Origin: Opitutales bacterium
GTDB taxonomy: Bacteria > Verrucomicrobiota > Verrucomicrobiia > Opitutales > Seribacteraceae
Length of the DNA: 64,000 nucleotides
Reading direction: 5' to 3'
NCBI GenBank assembly: GCA_965661905.1
Contig: CBFIFQ010000001.1
Location: 1,138-65,137 of the forward strand
A program made the translations under genes and the position numbers. The notes below the pieces were generated by a model that saw only the letters and a list, made by a program, of their open reading frames with translations, was not told the DNA's origin and made no database searches. Shown here piece by piece: positions 8,444 to 17,212 of the stretch (its first letter is position 1; each line of letters opens with the position of its first letter).

Positions 8444-11400
8444 TTATTTAACCAAACCAAGCACAACAAGTTCTAGCATTTTGTCGAGAGTATTTAGAAC
8501 CCGTGCGGAGGCCTGAAATGATCTTTGAAATTGCATCAGGTCAGATACTTCCTCATCAATTGATACAGAACTAACGGCACGTCGTTGGTCTAAAAGAAGA
8601 GTTTCGAGAGACTTTTGGTGAGCATGGTTGTCATTGAGGTCAGCCAGTGAATTGCCAATATCCGCATTCATTGTAGAGATGTGATCAGTGAATTCACCAT
8701 CGTTGGCTAAGTCTGCAATTTTAAAGGCAACCTCATTAGCCCCTTCTGCAAAATCATGAGTTGATTTAAGGTTTTCTACGGAAAGGTCATTATCGACCCT
8801 GAGACTTGTAGCAAGGTTCCAGTCATTTTGCAGGACGGCATCAAAAGAAAAATTGTCCCCAATAATAAATGCTTTCTCACCTTGTTCGATCCTAAAAGGA
8901 ATCGTTTCATAAGCAAGTAGTAGTGATCTGCCATCATCATCAGTCCCAACAAGTTTGTCATTCCCAGGGTAGCTTTCATCCAATTCGAGAGTTACATGCT
9001 GCATCTTATCAGCTGAAGCATAAAACTGATAGATGTCTGCATTATTAGGATCATCAAGGAATAACTTTAAGTCATCACTCTCTCGAACTAGTGCTTGGTT
9101 GGGGACTTGTTCAGGGAAAATGGGGGTAGTATTAACAATAGTAAAGGTATCAGACTCGGCTGTAGGGAGCGTCATGTTTACTTCATCCCTAAAAAGTTGC
9201 AATTCTCCTGTGCCCTCAACGCCATAAAGACCATATTCTTCTTCCATGATCAGGTTGTTTCCTGCAACTGCGCGGGTAAGGAAGGCATCAAAACCAAAAA
9301 GATACCCACCCTGGTCGTCATCCGGGTTATAAATAGCATTCACTTGAGTGACGAAGTCCGAAACGAGATCGTTCAAACTCGTCCGAAACCTTTCCATTTC
9401 GTTCGCCCTTGCTGATTGATATCCGTGGATAGCACCTGCACTCAGGTCCAACTCTATACCATCCGAAAAAATTGCGTCTGATGAAGGAAATGAATTGCCC
9501 GCATTGAGGATATTAAAAGTCGTAATTTCACCATTCTTAACAACGGCCTCAGCAATGCCAATGTTAACTTCCTGAAGAGTCCCATTGGCAAGGTTATGAC
9601 CAGAGGATGAAATCTTTCGGATTACACTGTTAGGATCCCCATCCACGACTTTGGGGTTAAAAACATGGAAGTTAGATGCCCACTCTGAAGAGGAAGGATC
9701 AAAGGATGCAATAACTGCCGGATCAGTTATGATTGAAGGAGCGGAATCAACTATGAAATGCTGATCATTTAGCTCATCATAGTATACCTCATTATCAAAA
9801 AACTGAAGGGTTCCCTGGGTTGTATCCAGGTTCTTGACGCTTGAGTCTACAAAGGAGTTAAGCCTAACAAAAGAATCGGATTCATCGTAATTCGGGATGT
9901 CACCTTCAGCGATATCTTGAACTGCAAGGTAGTAGAGCCTTTCATTATTATTGTTAAGACTTGAAATAATATCACCTTTAGCAATTGATAACTCACCATT
10001 TTCATCCAGTCCTTCTTCTTTGGCATTTGCCATAGAGGGCAGGCTGTCTCCAATTACCCATAGGGAGTCCAAAGTTTGGTCGCCTGCTGCTTTAGGGACT
10101 TGCTGTTCGTTTTCTGTGTCTCCTTCGAGTATCCCGGAAAGGTCGGTTCCTTTGCTTACATTAGAAAACACTTGGTAATAAGTGCCTTGGTAAAGGATAA
10201 CTTCACCAGCTAAATATGTACGGCTAGCTAATCCATCTTCACCTAATTCCTCAGAGACAGGGGCAACTTCTTCTGTGGCTTGAAGGAATTTGCCTTCGTA
10301 ATAAATTTGGTCACCTTGCTGGAAAGTCTCAATATCAGAATGTCGCTTTTTTATCTCCTGCACTTGACCATTAGGTGCTGTGGAAATCTTCATAAACTTC
10401 CGTGTATCACTGACATCGTCACCCTTTTGGGTATTGGTAAGGGCTTGGTAGTAGGAATCCCCCCGATAAAAGACATCACCTTCTTTGCGAGCAATTTCCG
10501 TGAGAAAAGGGACCGTGTTAGCTTGACCTCCTCCAGTAACATTCGACATTTCTTCTCCATCATCAACCGGGGCATTAATCCCAGCTTCACCCACTATGAC
10601 AGCTTCTGCGTTCTCTCCTTGAGTGTTTCCTGTGACATCTACATTAACGAGAGGATCTCCTTGCTGTACTTCGTCACCTTCTTGAACAAAAACTTCATTG
10701 ACCGTTCCGCCTTTAGGAGCGGAAACAATCTCTCCTGTATCTGTTTCAACAAGATTTGATGTGGGCTTGGGAGGAAGTAAAGAAACTAAGATCGGTCCCT
10801 CAGAATCGTTGTACAAAGAACCTCCATCCAATACCTCAAAACGACCCAGGTTGCCATTGGCGTCAATTTTTGCTCTTACTTTAGCCGCTTTTCCATTGGG
10901 GTCATTGGGGGCTGCAATTACAAATTCCTGTCCCCAGTCGTTGGTAATATTTTTGGGACCCATTGGGTCAAGGAGGTTTACCTTCTCATTGGCAGTACCC
11001 TGAACATACAAGTTTAGGAAACCGGAGGGTTTTCCATCGACCACATCTTCCTCGACTTTGAAATCCATTAATTGAGACAACTCTTCAAGAAGAGCTTGCC
11101 GTTTATCACGATAGGTTACCGCTTTGCCTTTATCCTGAAGCTCAAAGCGGCGTACTTGCTTGTTGGTTTCATGCAGTTGAGCTAGCACCCGGTTTACATC
11201 ATCAACGGATCTTTTAACAGTTTCGGAAAGATCTTCTTCAATGGAATCCAAGCTGCTACCTGCATCATTAAACCTTTTGACCAAGGTGCCAACTTTGTTG
11301 AAAAGTTCCTGTTTTATGGTTGGCTCATCAGGTGAGGCGGACAACTCTTGAAAGGCATTAAAAAAATCATTGAGGGCACGGGTCAGACTGCCTGGGGCAA

Positions 11401-11764
11401 GGTCACTGTCATGAAGGTCATCCAGCCCGACATTTATACCGTTTCGGGTTATAGTTTCACCGAGTGCACCCTGAAGAAGGCTAAGGATCTCCTGTTGAGC
11501 TTCCAAGCTTGCGGTTTCAGACAACTCATTGACCACTCGTCTATCCAGGAGCTCCGACCTTGCATGTTCAAGCCCTGCTGCTTCAAGACCTGATGTCTGA
11601 AGTTCACCAAAGCTACCGTACATTACACCTTCCCGGGCCAAAACTTTTTGGCGGGCATAAGTTTCGTCATTTACATGGGCTAAATTTTGGCCAGCAATTT
11701 CCGCAGTCTTCGCATGATAGCGTAAGGCTTCGCTGTTTTTGCTTATTTCTCCAAGTAAAGACAT
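8444..11764 (-). CDS. flgK: flagellar hook-associated protein 1 (FlgK), 1106-aa form
   Basis: The N-terminal axial-protein motif (AEIAGQNLAHVNDETYARQKV) and the FlgK C-terminus (VSIDEEVSDLMQFQRSFQASARVLNTLDKMLE) are present. It lies between flgN and flgL and is Cys-free. Confidence 0.9.
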   Translation of the reverse strand: MSLLGEISKNSEALRYHAKTAEIAGQNLAHVNDETYARQKVLAREGVMYGSFGELQTSGLEAAGLEHARSELLDRRVVNELSETASLEAQQEILSLLQGALGETITRNGINVGLDDLHDSDLAPGSLTRALNDFFNAFQELSASPDEPTIKQELFNKVGTLVKRFNDAGSSLDSIEEDLSETVKRSVDDVNRVLAQLHETNKQVRRFELQDKGKAVTYRDKRQALLEELSQLMDFKVEEDVVDGKPSGFLNLYVQGTANEKVNLLDPMGPKNITNDWGQEFVIAAPNDPNGKAAKVRAKIDANGNLGRFEVLDGGSLYNDSEGPILVSLLPPKPTSNLVETDTGEIVSAPKGGTVNEVFVQEGDEVQQGDPLVNVDVTGNTQGENAEAVIVGEAGINAPVDDGEEMSNVTGGGQANTVPFLTEIARKEGDVFYRGDSYYQALTNTQKGDDVSDTRKFMKISTAPNGQVQEIKKRHSDIETFQQGDQIYYEGKFLQATEEVAPVSEELGEDGLASRTYLAGEVILYQGTYYQVFSNVSKGTDLSGILEGDTENEQQVPKAAGDQTLDSLWVIGDSLPSMANAKEEGLDENGELSIAKGDIISSLNNNNERLYYLAVQDIAEGDIPNYDESDSFVRLNSFVDSSVKNLDTTQGTLQFFDNEVYYDELNDQHFIVDSAPSIITDPAVIASFDPSSSEWASNFHVFNPKVVDGDPNSVIRKISSSGHNLANGTLQEVNIGIAEAVVKNGEITTFNILNAGNSFPSSDAIFSDGIELDLSAGAIHGYQSARANEMERFRTSLNDLVSDFVTQVNAIYNPDDDQGGYLFGFDAFLTRAVAGNNLIMEEEYGLYGVEGTGELQLFRDEVNMTLPTAESDTFTIVNTTPIFPEQVPNQALVRESDDLKLFLDDPNNADIYQFYASADKMQHVTLELDESYPGNDKLVGTDDDGRSLLLAYETIPFRIEQGEKAFIIGDNFSFDAVLQNDWNLATSLRVDNDLSVENLKSTHDFAEGANEVAFKIADLANDGEFTDHISTMNADIGNSLADLNDNHAHQKSLETLLLDQRRAVSSVSIDEEVSDLMQFQRSFQASARVLNTLDKMLELVVLGLVK

Positions 11765-11780
11765 CTTAAAATATCAATGA

Positions 11781-12308
11781 TTATGCAGACTCGTTAATAC
11801 TGGACCGGTTATGAGCAAGATTTTGCACATTACCGGTACGACTGTAGGTTTTGGAATGGGCACTGGGGTTGGTGACGCTGAGTATCTGCTCCGTTACCTC
11901 GGATAAGCGGCTGAGTAGGCGTTGGTTTTGCTCAATTTTTGAGCGAACTTTACTGATAAGGTTGTTAATTTCCTCCACTAAACTCTCAAACATAGGGCGG
12001 GTAACATCTGGGAAGTGTGGTATGAGCTCTGAAAGATTTGATTCAGATGAAACCCCAAATGAATGAGCTAAACTTGTGACAAACCCCTGCCTTCTTCTTT
12101 GTAAAATTTGGCTGGCTTCCATCTGGGTTTGAACAGATTGATTGATCTCAAGCAGGCTTTCTGGTCTGCGGTCTAGGATGTTTTGCTGCTGAGCGGAAAG
12201 CAGACCGAGCAAGCTTCCATATTCCTGGAGTTCATCGCGAAGTAAACCAAGCAGGTCTTCCCAGGTAAAGTTGGCGGTAGGCACTGAATTCTGTACAAAT
12301 GATGACAT
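11781..12308 (-). CDS. flgN: FlgN-like export chaperone
   Basis: The ATG at 12308 lies just after the flgJ stop (12319). The longer 12404 start would overlap flgJ. The helical WEDLLGLLRDELQEYGSLLGLLSAQQQNILDRRPESLLEIN fits FlgN, as does the position upstream of flgK. Confidence 0.6.
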   Translation of the reverse strand: MSSFVQNSVPTANFTWEDLLGLLRDELQEYGSLLGLLSAQQQNILDRRPESLLEINQSVQTQMEASQILQRRRQGFVTSLAHSFGVSSESNLSELIPHFPDVTRPMFESLVEEINNLISKVRSKIEQNQRLLSRLSEVTEQILSVTNPSAHSKTYSRTGNVQNLAHNRSSINESA

Positions 12309-12318
12309 GTTGAAAAAA

Positions 12319-12657
12319 TTATTTCTTTTCAGGTTCTGGTATAGGTGAACCTGGTTTTGAAAGTTGTTGCTGAAGAATATTGGAAACACCAAAACCTCCA
12401 CCACTGGCTACGCTTTCCGAAATTGCATCGGTAAAGAAGTGACGATACATACGGTGCGCTCCTCCATCTTCATTAAAAACGCCTTTAAACATGGGCTTAA
12501 GGGCTTCTTTTAAAAACTGTTTTACGAGAACAGACTCAAACTGCTGGCTGACTGCCGCAATCTTTTGGTTTTCAGAAGCATTCTTGGAATGAGCCATTTC
12601 CATAAGCATGGAAGAGTCCATGCCCACATATTTACTGCCTGTGTCGTTTACTTCCAT
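12319..12657 (-). CDS. flgJ: FlgJ-like rod-binding protein (no muramidase domain)
   Basis: KIAAVSQQFESVLVKQFLKEALKPMF...GGGFGVSNILQQQL matches the rod-binding domain. The ATG at 12657 follows the flgI stop at 12659-12661. The protein is only about 112 aa, so the glucosaminidase half is absent. Confidence 0.75.
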   Translation of the reverse strand: MEVNDTGSKYVGMDSSMLMEMAHSKNASENQKIAAVSQQFESVLVKQFLKEALKPMFKGVFNEDGGAHRMYRHFFTDAISESVASGGGFGVSNILQQQLSKPGSPIPEPEKK

Positions 12658-12658
12658 G

Positions 12659-13774
12659 TTAGTTAATAATGAGTTCTGCCTGCAGAGCTCCAGCATTTTT
12701 GATTGATTGTAGGATAGATGTCATCTCCCGAGTAGTAAGACCCAACTTGTTTAATGCGGAGGCCAATTCATTAACCGTTGATGCCCCTGGGGGGTCCAAC
12801 TCGTCCAGTGATTCAAAACGACCAACCTCTTCGATGAGTTCTGCATTCTCACCTTGTAAAACCTGTGTGGCCCCCTGAGAGAAAGGCAGCGGTTGACTAA
12901 CACCCGTGGTTGGGTTGAGGAAAAGGGTGATATTGCTGCTGCTTACGGCGACAGGAGAAATTCTTACATTTTGAGTGGCAACAATTGTACCGGTTCGTTC
13001 GTTGATGATTACGCGAGCGGGGACATCGGGCTTTACATCAATTCCACCAATAGCAGCTATAAAATTAGTGGATTGACCGCGAAAATTTTGAGGAAGGCGA
13101 ACATTAACGACACCACCATCTTCAGCAATGGAGGTACCAGGGTAAAATTTGTTGATAGCATCAGCAATTTTGACCGCAGTTAAATGGTTGGGCGAGCGAA
13201 GCAGGAGATCGAGCGATCCTGCGCGGAGTACATTGCTTTCAATTTCTTTTTCAACCAAGGCACCATTTGATACAATACCAACCGTGGGGTGATTTACTTG
13301 TACATTGGCACCTCCTGCATTGCCCGCAGACAATCCACCGATAGAAACAGGGCCTTGGGCAACTGAATAAACCTTACCATCTGCACCTTGTAATGGAGTT
13401 TGAAGTAAAATGCCACCCTGTAGGGAATCAGCATTACCAATGGAGGATACCGTCACATCCATTCGTGAGCCTTCTTTGGCAAAAGGTCCGATATTGGCTG
13501 TCACCATGACAGCGGCTATATTCCTAGATTTATCCGCCTTGTCTGCACGAATCCCAAGTCTTTCAAGGGAATTAAGAATACCGAGTTCCGTGTATTCAAT
13601 CCGTGAGTCACCCTGCCCTGCCAGTCCCGTTACAATACCGTAGCCAAAAAGTTGATTGCTTCGAGCGCCACGAATGTCAGTGAGATCTTTTATTTGGGCA
13701 CCATTCACGGAGAAAGCCCCGACTAGAAAGAAGAGGCAAGAATAAGTAAGAATCTGTAATTTCGATATATTCAC
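12659..13774 (-). CDS. flgI: flagellar P-ring protein FlgI
   Basis: It has a signal peptide, the motif GYGIVTGLAGQGDS, and the C-terminus LNKLGLTTREMTSILQSIKNAGALQAELIIN. Confidence 0.95.
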   Translation of the reverse strand: MNISKLQILTYSCLFFLVGAFSVNGAQIKDLTDIRGARSNQLFGYGIVTGLAGQGDSRIEYTELGILNSLERLGIRADKADKSRNIAAVMVTANIGPFAKEGSRMDVTVSSIGNADSLQGGILLQTPLQGADGKVYSVAQGPVSIGGLSAGNAGGANVQVNHPTVGIVSNGALVEKEIESNVLRAGSLDLLLRSPNHLTAVKIADAINKFYPGTSIAEDGGVVNVRLPQNFRGQSTNFIAAIGGIDVKPDVPARVIINERTGTIVATQNVRISPVAVSSSNITLFLNPTTGVSQPLPFSQGATQVLQGENAELIEEVGRFESLDELDPPGASTVNELASALNKLGLTTREMTSILQSIKNAGALQAELIIN

Positions 13775-13778
13775 TTCA

Positions 13779-14426
13779 TTAAAAAGGATTTAAAATAGCT
13801 GCCAACTTTTGGTACCAACTTTCTTTCTGGGCGTCATTAAGGCTCCCTTTTGAAACAAATTCGATTTGAGCATCTGCGATGTACTGAGAGGATACTATAT
13901 TACGGTAGCGGAGACCATCTTTGAAGCCGAACCCTATATCCTCCTGGCGAACAATGCCCTTAAGAACCGCGTAGTAACTCTCCCCCGAGAAGGTAACCAT
14001 TCTTGCTCCTTCAAGAACAAGGTTTCCATTGGGTAGAACATCGATGACCACAACACTTACGCGACCCTTAAGATCCTGCGTGTTTGCAATCGAACCGCCA
14101 CCCTGGTTGGAAGTTTTGGATTCAATTTCGGTTCCGGGCAAACCGCCATTGTGCGTACCCATTTTGCTGTTGGCAAAAAGGAATTGATTCACGGCATTTT
14201 CAATCTGTGACTGGCGGTTTCTTACCGAATTTTGAGAGGCTGCCAGGGATGAACTCTCTGAAACATCTATTGTGATTAGATCCCCCACGGCATAAGCTCT
14301 TTTCCCTGCAAAAATACTTCTTTGCGTATTTGTACTTTTATTCCAAAGCGAAGTCGCTCCAACGAAACTGCAGGGAAGCAGTGCTAAAATCAAGCAGCAG
14401 GTGAAATGTAAATTCCTGAAACTCAT
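13779..14426 (-). CDS. flgH: flagellar L-ring lipoprotein FlgH
   Basis: It has a signal/lipobox-like N-terminus and the FlgH core SLWNK...SIFAGKRAYAVGDLITIDVSESS. Confidence 0.9.
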   Translation of the reverse strand: MSFRNLHFTCCLILALLPCSFVGATSLWNKSTNTQRSIFAGKRAYAVGDLITIDVSESSSLAASQNSVRNRQSQIENAVNQFLFANSKMGTHNGGLPGTEIESKTSNQGGGSIANTQDLKGRVSVVVIDVLPNGNLVLEGARMVTFSGESYYAVLKGIVRQEDIGFGFKDGLRYRNIVSSQYIADAQIEFVSKGSLNDAQKESWYQKLAAILNPF

Positions 14427-15250
14427 AAGTGAACCTTCACACTGTTTTCGTTGAGTACTTTCGCATGAAAAATCTTATCAGAGGATAGGTTTTTGATTTT
14501 AACCAACCCTCCCTCAACACCACTCTCCAGGGCCATTCCTTTCATCGTTACATAAATACCGTTTCCTGATGCATAAACATCAACAACTTTCCCTTTTTGA
14601 ACGAGGGTAACCTTGGAAAGTTGATTCCAGCGGATAGCAGAGTTGGGTTTGATGCTGGAAGAAAGTTGGTAACCGCTGAGCTTGGCAGTAGCTGGTACGG
14701 CACCAGCAAATTGCTTCAGCACATCAACCGGGCGTGCTGTAAACATAGAATCATCAAGGCGGGCACCTCTGGAAAATTGCTTATCGCTAAAAAAGACATC
14801 GACATAATGGGCCAGGCGAATCGGTTCTGCGAAATTGCCTACGAGAACGCCCTGATCCCAAATAGAAAAACGAACAAAAGTACTGGATGCCAACTCATCC
14901 GGCATGCAATCATTCACTTTAACCATAAAATTGGAACCAATATCGAAGGCTTTCCAATCCCGGGTAAGAAAAGCTGATACTTTACCCGATGCTTGGTACC
15001 TGTGAGACAGGACTTCGCTTAATTTCTTTTCAACAAGCAGGCGTCCCAGGGAAACCTTGGACGAAGGAACATACTGAACTTCCGTAAGAGTAAGATTTTG
15101 GGAAGGAACGACAAGACCCGCTGCTTTTTCATATTCTTTTTCAACTACAGATTCGGCACCAAAGGAAATCGGTTCCAAAAACCTACCCACTTCACCATGT
15201 AAAAAAACAAAGGTGCAAAGGGAAAGAAAAAGAATGAAATTAAAGTACAT
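14423..15250 (-). CDS. flgA: flagellar P-ring assembly chaperone FlgA
   Basis: It has a signal peptide and a C-terminal SAF-like segment (LVQKGKVVDVYASGNGIYVTMKGMALESGVEGGLVKIKNLSSDKIFHAKV). It sits between flgG and flgH. Confidence 0.8.
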   Translation of the reverse strand: MYFNFILFLSLCTFVFLHGEVGRFLEPISFGAESVVEKEYEKAAGLVVPSQNLTLTEVQYVPSSKVSLGRLLVEKKLSEVLSHRYQASGKVSAFLTRDWKAFDIGSNFMVKVNDCMPDELASSTFVRFSIWDQGVLVGNFAEPIRLAHYVDVFFSDKQFSRGARLDDSMFTARPVDVLKQFAGAVPATAKLSGYQLSSSIKPNSAIRWNQLSKVTLVQKGKVVDVYASGNGIYVTMKGMALESGVEGGLVKIKNLSSDKIFHAKVLNENSVKVHL

Positions 15251-15252
15251 GA

Positions 15253-16035
15253 TTATCTTTTGAGCTGATTAACTCTGGCAAGCATATCATCGGATGTTTG
15301 GATTGACTTAGAATTGATCTCATATGCCCGTTGAGCGATAATCATGTTTACCATTTCTTCAACCACATTAACATTGGACATTTCCAGGTAACCTTGTTGC
15401 AGGACACCAAAACCATTTTCGCCGGGAGCACCGATCTCTGGAGCACCACTAGCTTCTGTTTCAGTAAATAAATTACCGCCTTGTGCTTTCAGTCCGGCAG
15501 GATTCGGAAAGCGGACGAGTTCCAGCTGTCCGATGATTTGACTACCATCCGCAGTTTCAACTGAGACTTCGCCGGTAGGTGATACAAAAACATTAGTCAC
15601 CTCTGGGTCGATTTGGAGACCCGCGGCAAGTGGCAAGGCATCCGCAGTTGTGATTTGACCGTCAGGGCCAATTTTGAAGGCACCATCTCGGGTGTAGGCC
15701 TCGGTACCATCTGGTTTTTCAACCTGGAAAAAACCAACACCGTCAATCGCCACATCCATTTTTTCACTTGTTTGAGTCAACTGGCCTTGTGTGAAAATTT
15801 TGGCAGTGGATACCACTTTCGTACCGTTACCCATCTCAACCCCAGTTGGGATTACATTACCTGCACCAGTCTGACCACCTGCTTGACGAGGGTTTTGATA
15901 GAGAAGGTCCTGGAACTCAATCTTATTCTTCTTGTAGCCCGTGGTGTTTACATTGGCGATGTTATTGGATATAACATTGAGGTTAAGTTGCTGGGCTTGC
16001 ATGCCCGTTGCTCCGGAATAAAGTGATAAGTTCAT
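15253..16035 (-). CDS. flgG: flagellar distal rod protein FlgG
   Basis: NVISNNIANVNTTGYKK at the N-terminus and LQQGYLEMSNVNVVEEMVNMIIAQRAYEINSKSIQTSDDML at the C-terminus. Confidence 0.95.
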   Translation of the reverse strand: MNLSLYSGATGMQAQQLNLNVISNNIANVNTTGYKKNKIEFQDLLYQNPRQAGGQTGAGNVIPTGVEMGNGTKVVSTAKIFTQGQLTQTSEKMDVAIDGVGFFQVEKPDGTEAYTRDGAFKIGPDGQITTADALPLAAGLQIDPEVTNVFVSPTGEVSVETADGSQIIGQLELVRFPNPAGLKAQGGNLFTETEASGAPEIGAPGENGFGVLQQGYLEMSNVNVVEEMVNMIIAQRAYEINSKSIQTSDDMLARVNQLKR

Positions 16036-16043
16036 AGATTAAA

Positions 16044-16805
16044 TTATTGGGTTTGGCCTAAAGTACCAATGGCTTTGCCTATATTTTGGTCGAAAGTTTG
16101 AATCATTTTTTGGTTAGCTTCATGAGCCCTTGAAACTTCAATAAGGCCAATCATCTCTTCAATCGCTGAAACATTGCTGCTCTCGAGGTAGCCTTGCATG
16201 ATGGTGAACTGGGCAGGATCCGCTGGTTCAGGAGCGATGTTTTCTTCTTTAGGAACAAAGCCACCACCTACTTTCTGCAAATCCATCAAAGGGTCATCAA
16301 AAACAAAAACACCGACTTGACCAATATTCTGCCCGTCTTGGTATATGAGACCTTCCTTATCAATGCTCAGGTCTCCTCCACCTGGAACAGTCTGTATTGC
16401 AGATCCTCCAGTGTCGGAAAACTCATGACCCATGCTGTTGACCATATTTCCGTTGGCGTTTACATAAAATTGACCGTCACGGGTGTAAACAGAATCACCA
16501 TTTGCATTTTGAAGGGCAAAAAAACCATCGCCACGGAGAGCCATATCCATGGGGTTGTTGGTTTCCCTCATTTCACCTTCATTGAAATCAACTTGGTTCT
16601 TCATGACTGGAAATGACCCGGGCATTTCATTGCGAAGTCTATCGTGAGTGCTGCGGGCAATTTCACCGCCTTCGACAGCTTCGAAACTAACAGCAACTTT
16701 CTTGAAGCCTGCCACATGACTGGCGGCAATGTTGTTGGCAATTACATTTTGGTACTGCTCAAGACCGCGTAAAGCTGAAGCGTTTTCGAATAATGACAAG
16801 TTCAC
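16044..16805 (-). CDS. flgF: flagellar proximal rod protein FlgF
   Basis: It uses a GTG start. MNLSLFENASALRG parallels the FlgG N-terminus. The C-terminus is IMQGYLESSNVSAIEEMIGLIEVSRAHEANQKMIQTFD. Confidence 0.9.
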   Translation of the reverse strand: MNLSLFENASALRGLEQYQNVIANNIAASHVAGFKKVAVSFEAVEGGEIARSTHDRLRNEMPGSFPVMKNQVDFNEGEMRETNNPMDMALRGDGFFALQNANGDSVYTRDGQFYVNANGNMVNSMGHEFSDTGGSAIQTVPGGGDLSIDKEGLIYQDGQNIGQVGVFVFDDPLMDLQKVGGGFVPKEENIAPEPADPAQFTIMQGYLESSNVSAIEEMIGLIEVSRAHEANQKMIQTFDQNIGKAIGTLGQTQ

Positions 16806-16816
16806 GGCTCATGTTA

Positions 16817-16832
16817 AGCAAAATGCATGCCA
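16817..16832 (-). promoter_or_regulatory. sigma-54 (-24/-12) promoter candidate for the flgF block
   Basis: The minus strand reads TGGCATGCATTTTGCT, with GG-N10-GC spacing and TGGCA/TTGC cores. The conserved -12 C is at 16818, 12 nt before the GTG start at 16805. Confidence 0.6.
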
Positions 16833-16908
16833 TTAATTTGACTATTCAGGCCGGGAAGGCTGGCTTGCAAGAAGTAATAAAACCTCTTGGCGGGAATTTG
16901 GCGCAAGC

Positions 16909-17181
16909 CTAATACTGGCAACCAATTGTAAGCAGTCGACCGTCTTCCAAATGAATAACTATTTTTTGGGGTATATTATCTTCAGAGACAACCTCGACCT
17001 TAGGGCAGTTGGCTTCATCAAAAATCACCTCAGTTTCTAAGGTTGATTCTGGGTTAGCCCCCAATTGACCACCCATATTCTCGACCTCACCGGTGTTTTT
17101 TTCAAGGAATGGCCTAAAGGATGGCTTAATTCCATTCTCTGAATCTGAATTGATACCTCTTCCTGATAAATAGCCTTGCAT
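16909..17181 (-). CDS. hypothetical 90-aa protein downstream of motB
   Basis: ORF only. It is co-directional and lies 31 nt after motB. No motif was recognised, and it is not FlgM-like by eye. Confidence 0.35.
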   Translation of the reverse strand: MQGYLSGRGINSDSENGIKPSFRPFLEKNTGEVENMGGQLGANPESTLETEVIFDEANCPKVEVVSEDNIPQKIVIHLEDGRLLTIGCQY

Positions 17182-17212
17182 AATAATTCTAAAAGCAGTT
17201 CCCGTACCGAAA

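Noticed and set aside
10634-10735. The FlgK hybrid-barrel motif as a genuine biotin or lipoyl attachment domain.
   Set aside because: The (E)AMK(M) attachment Lys context is absent. Only the structural half-motif is present.
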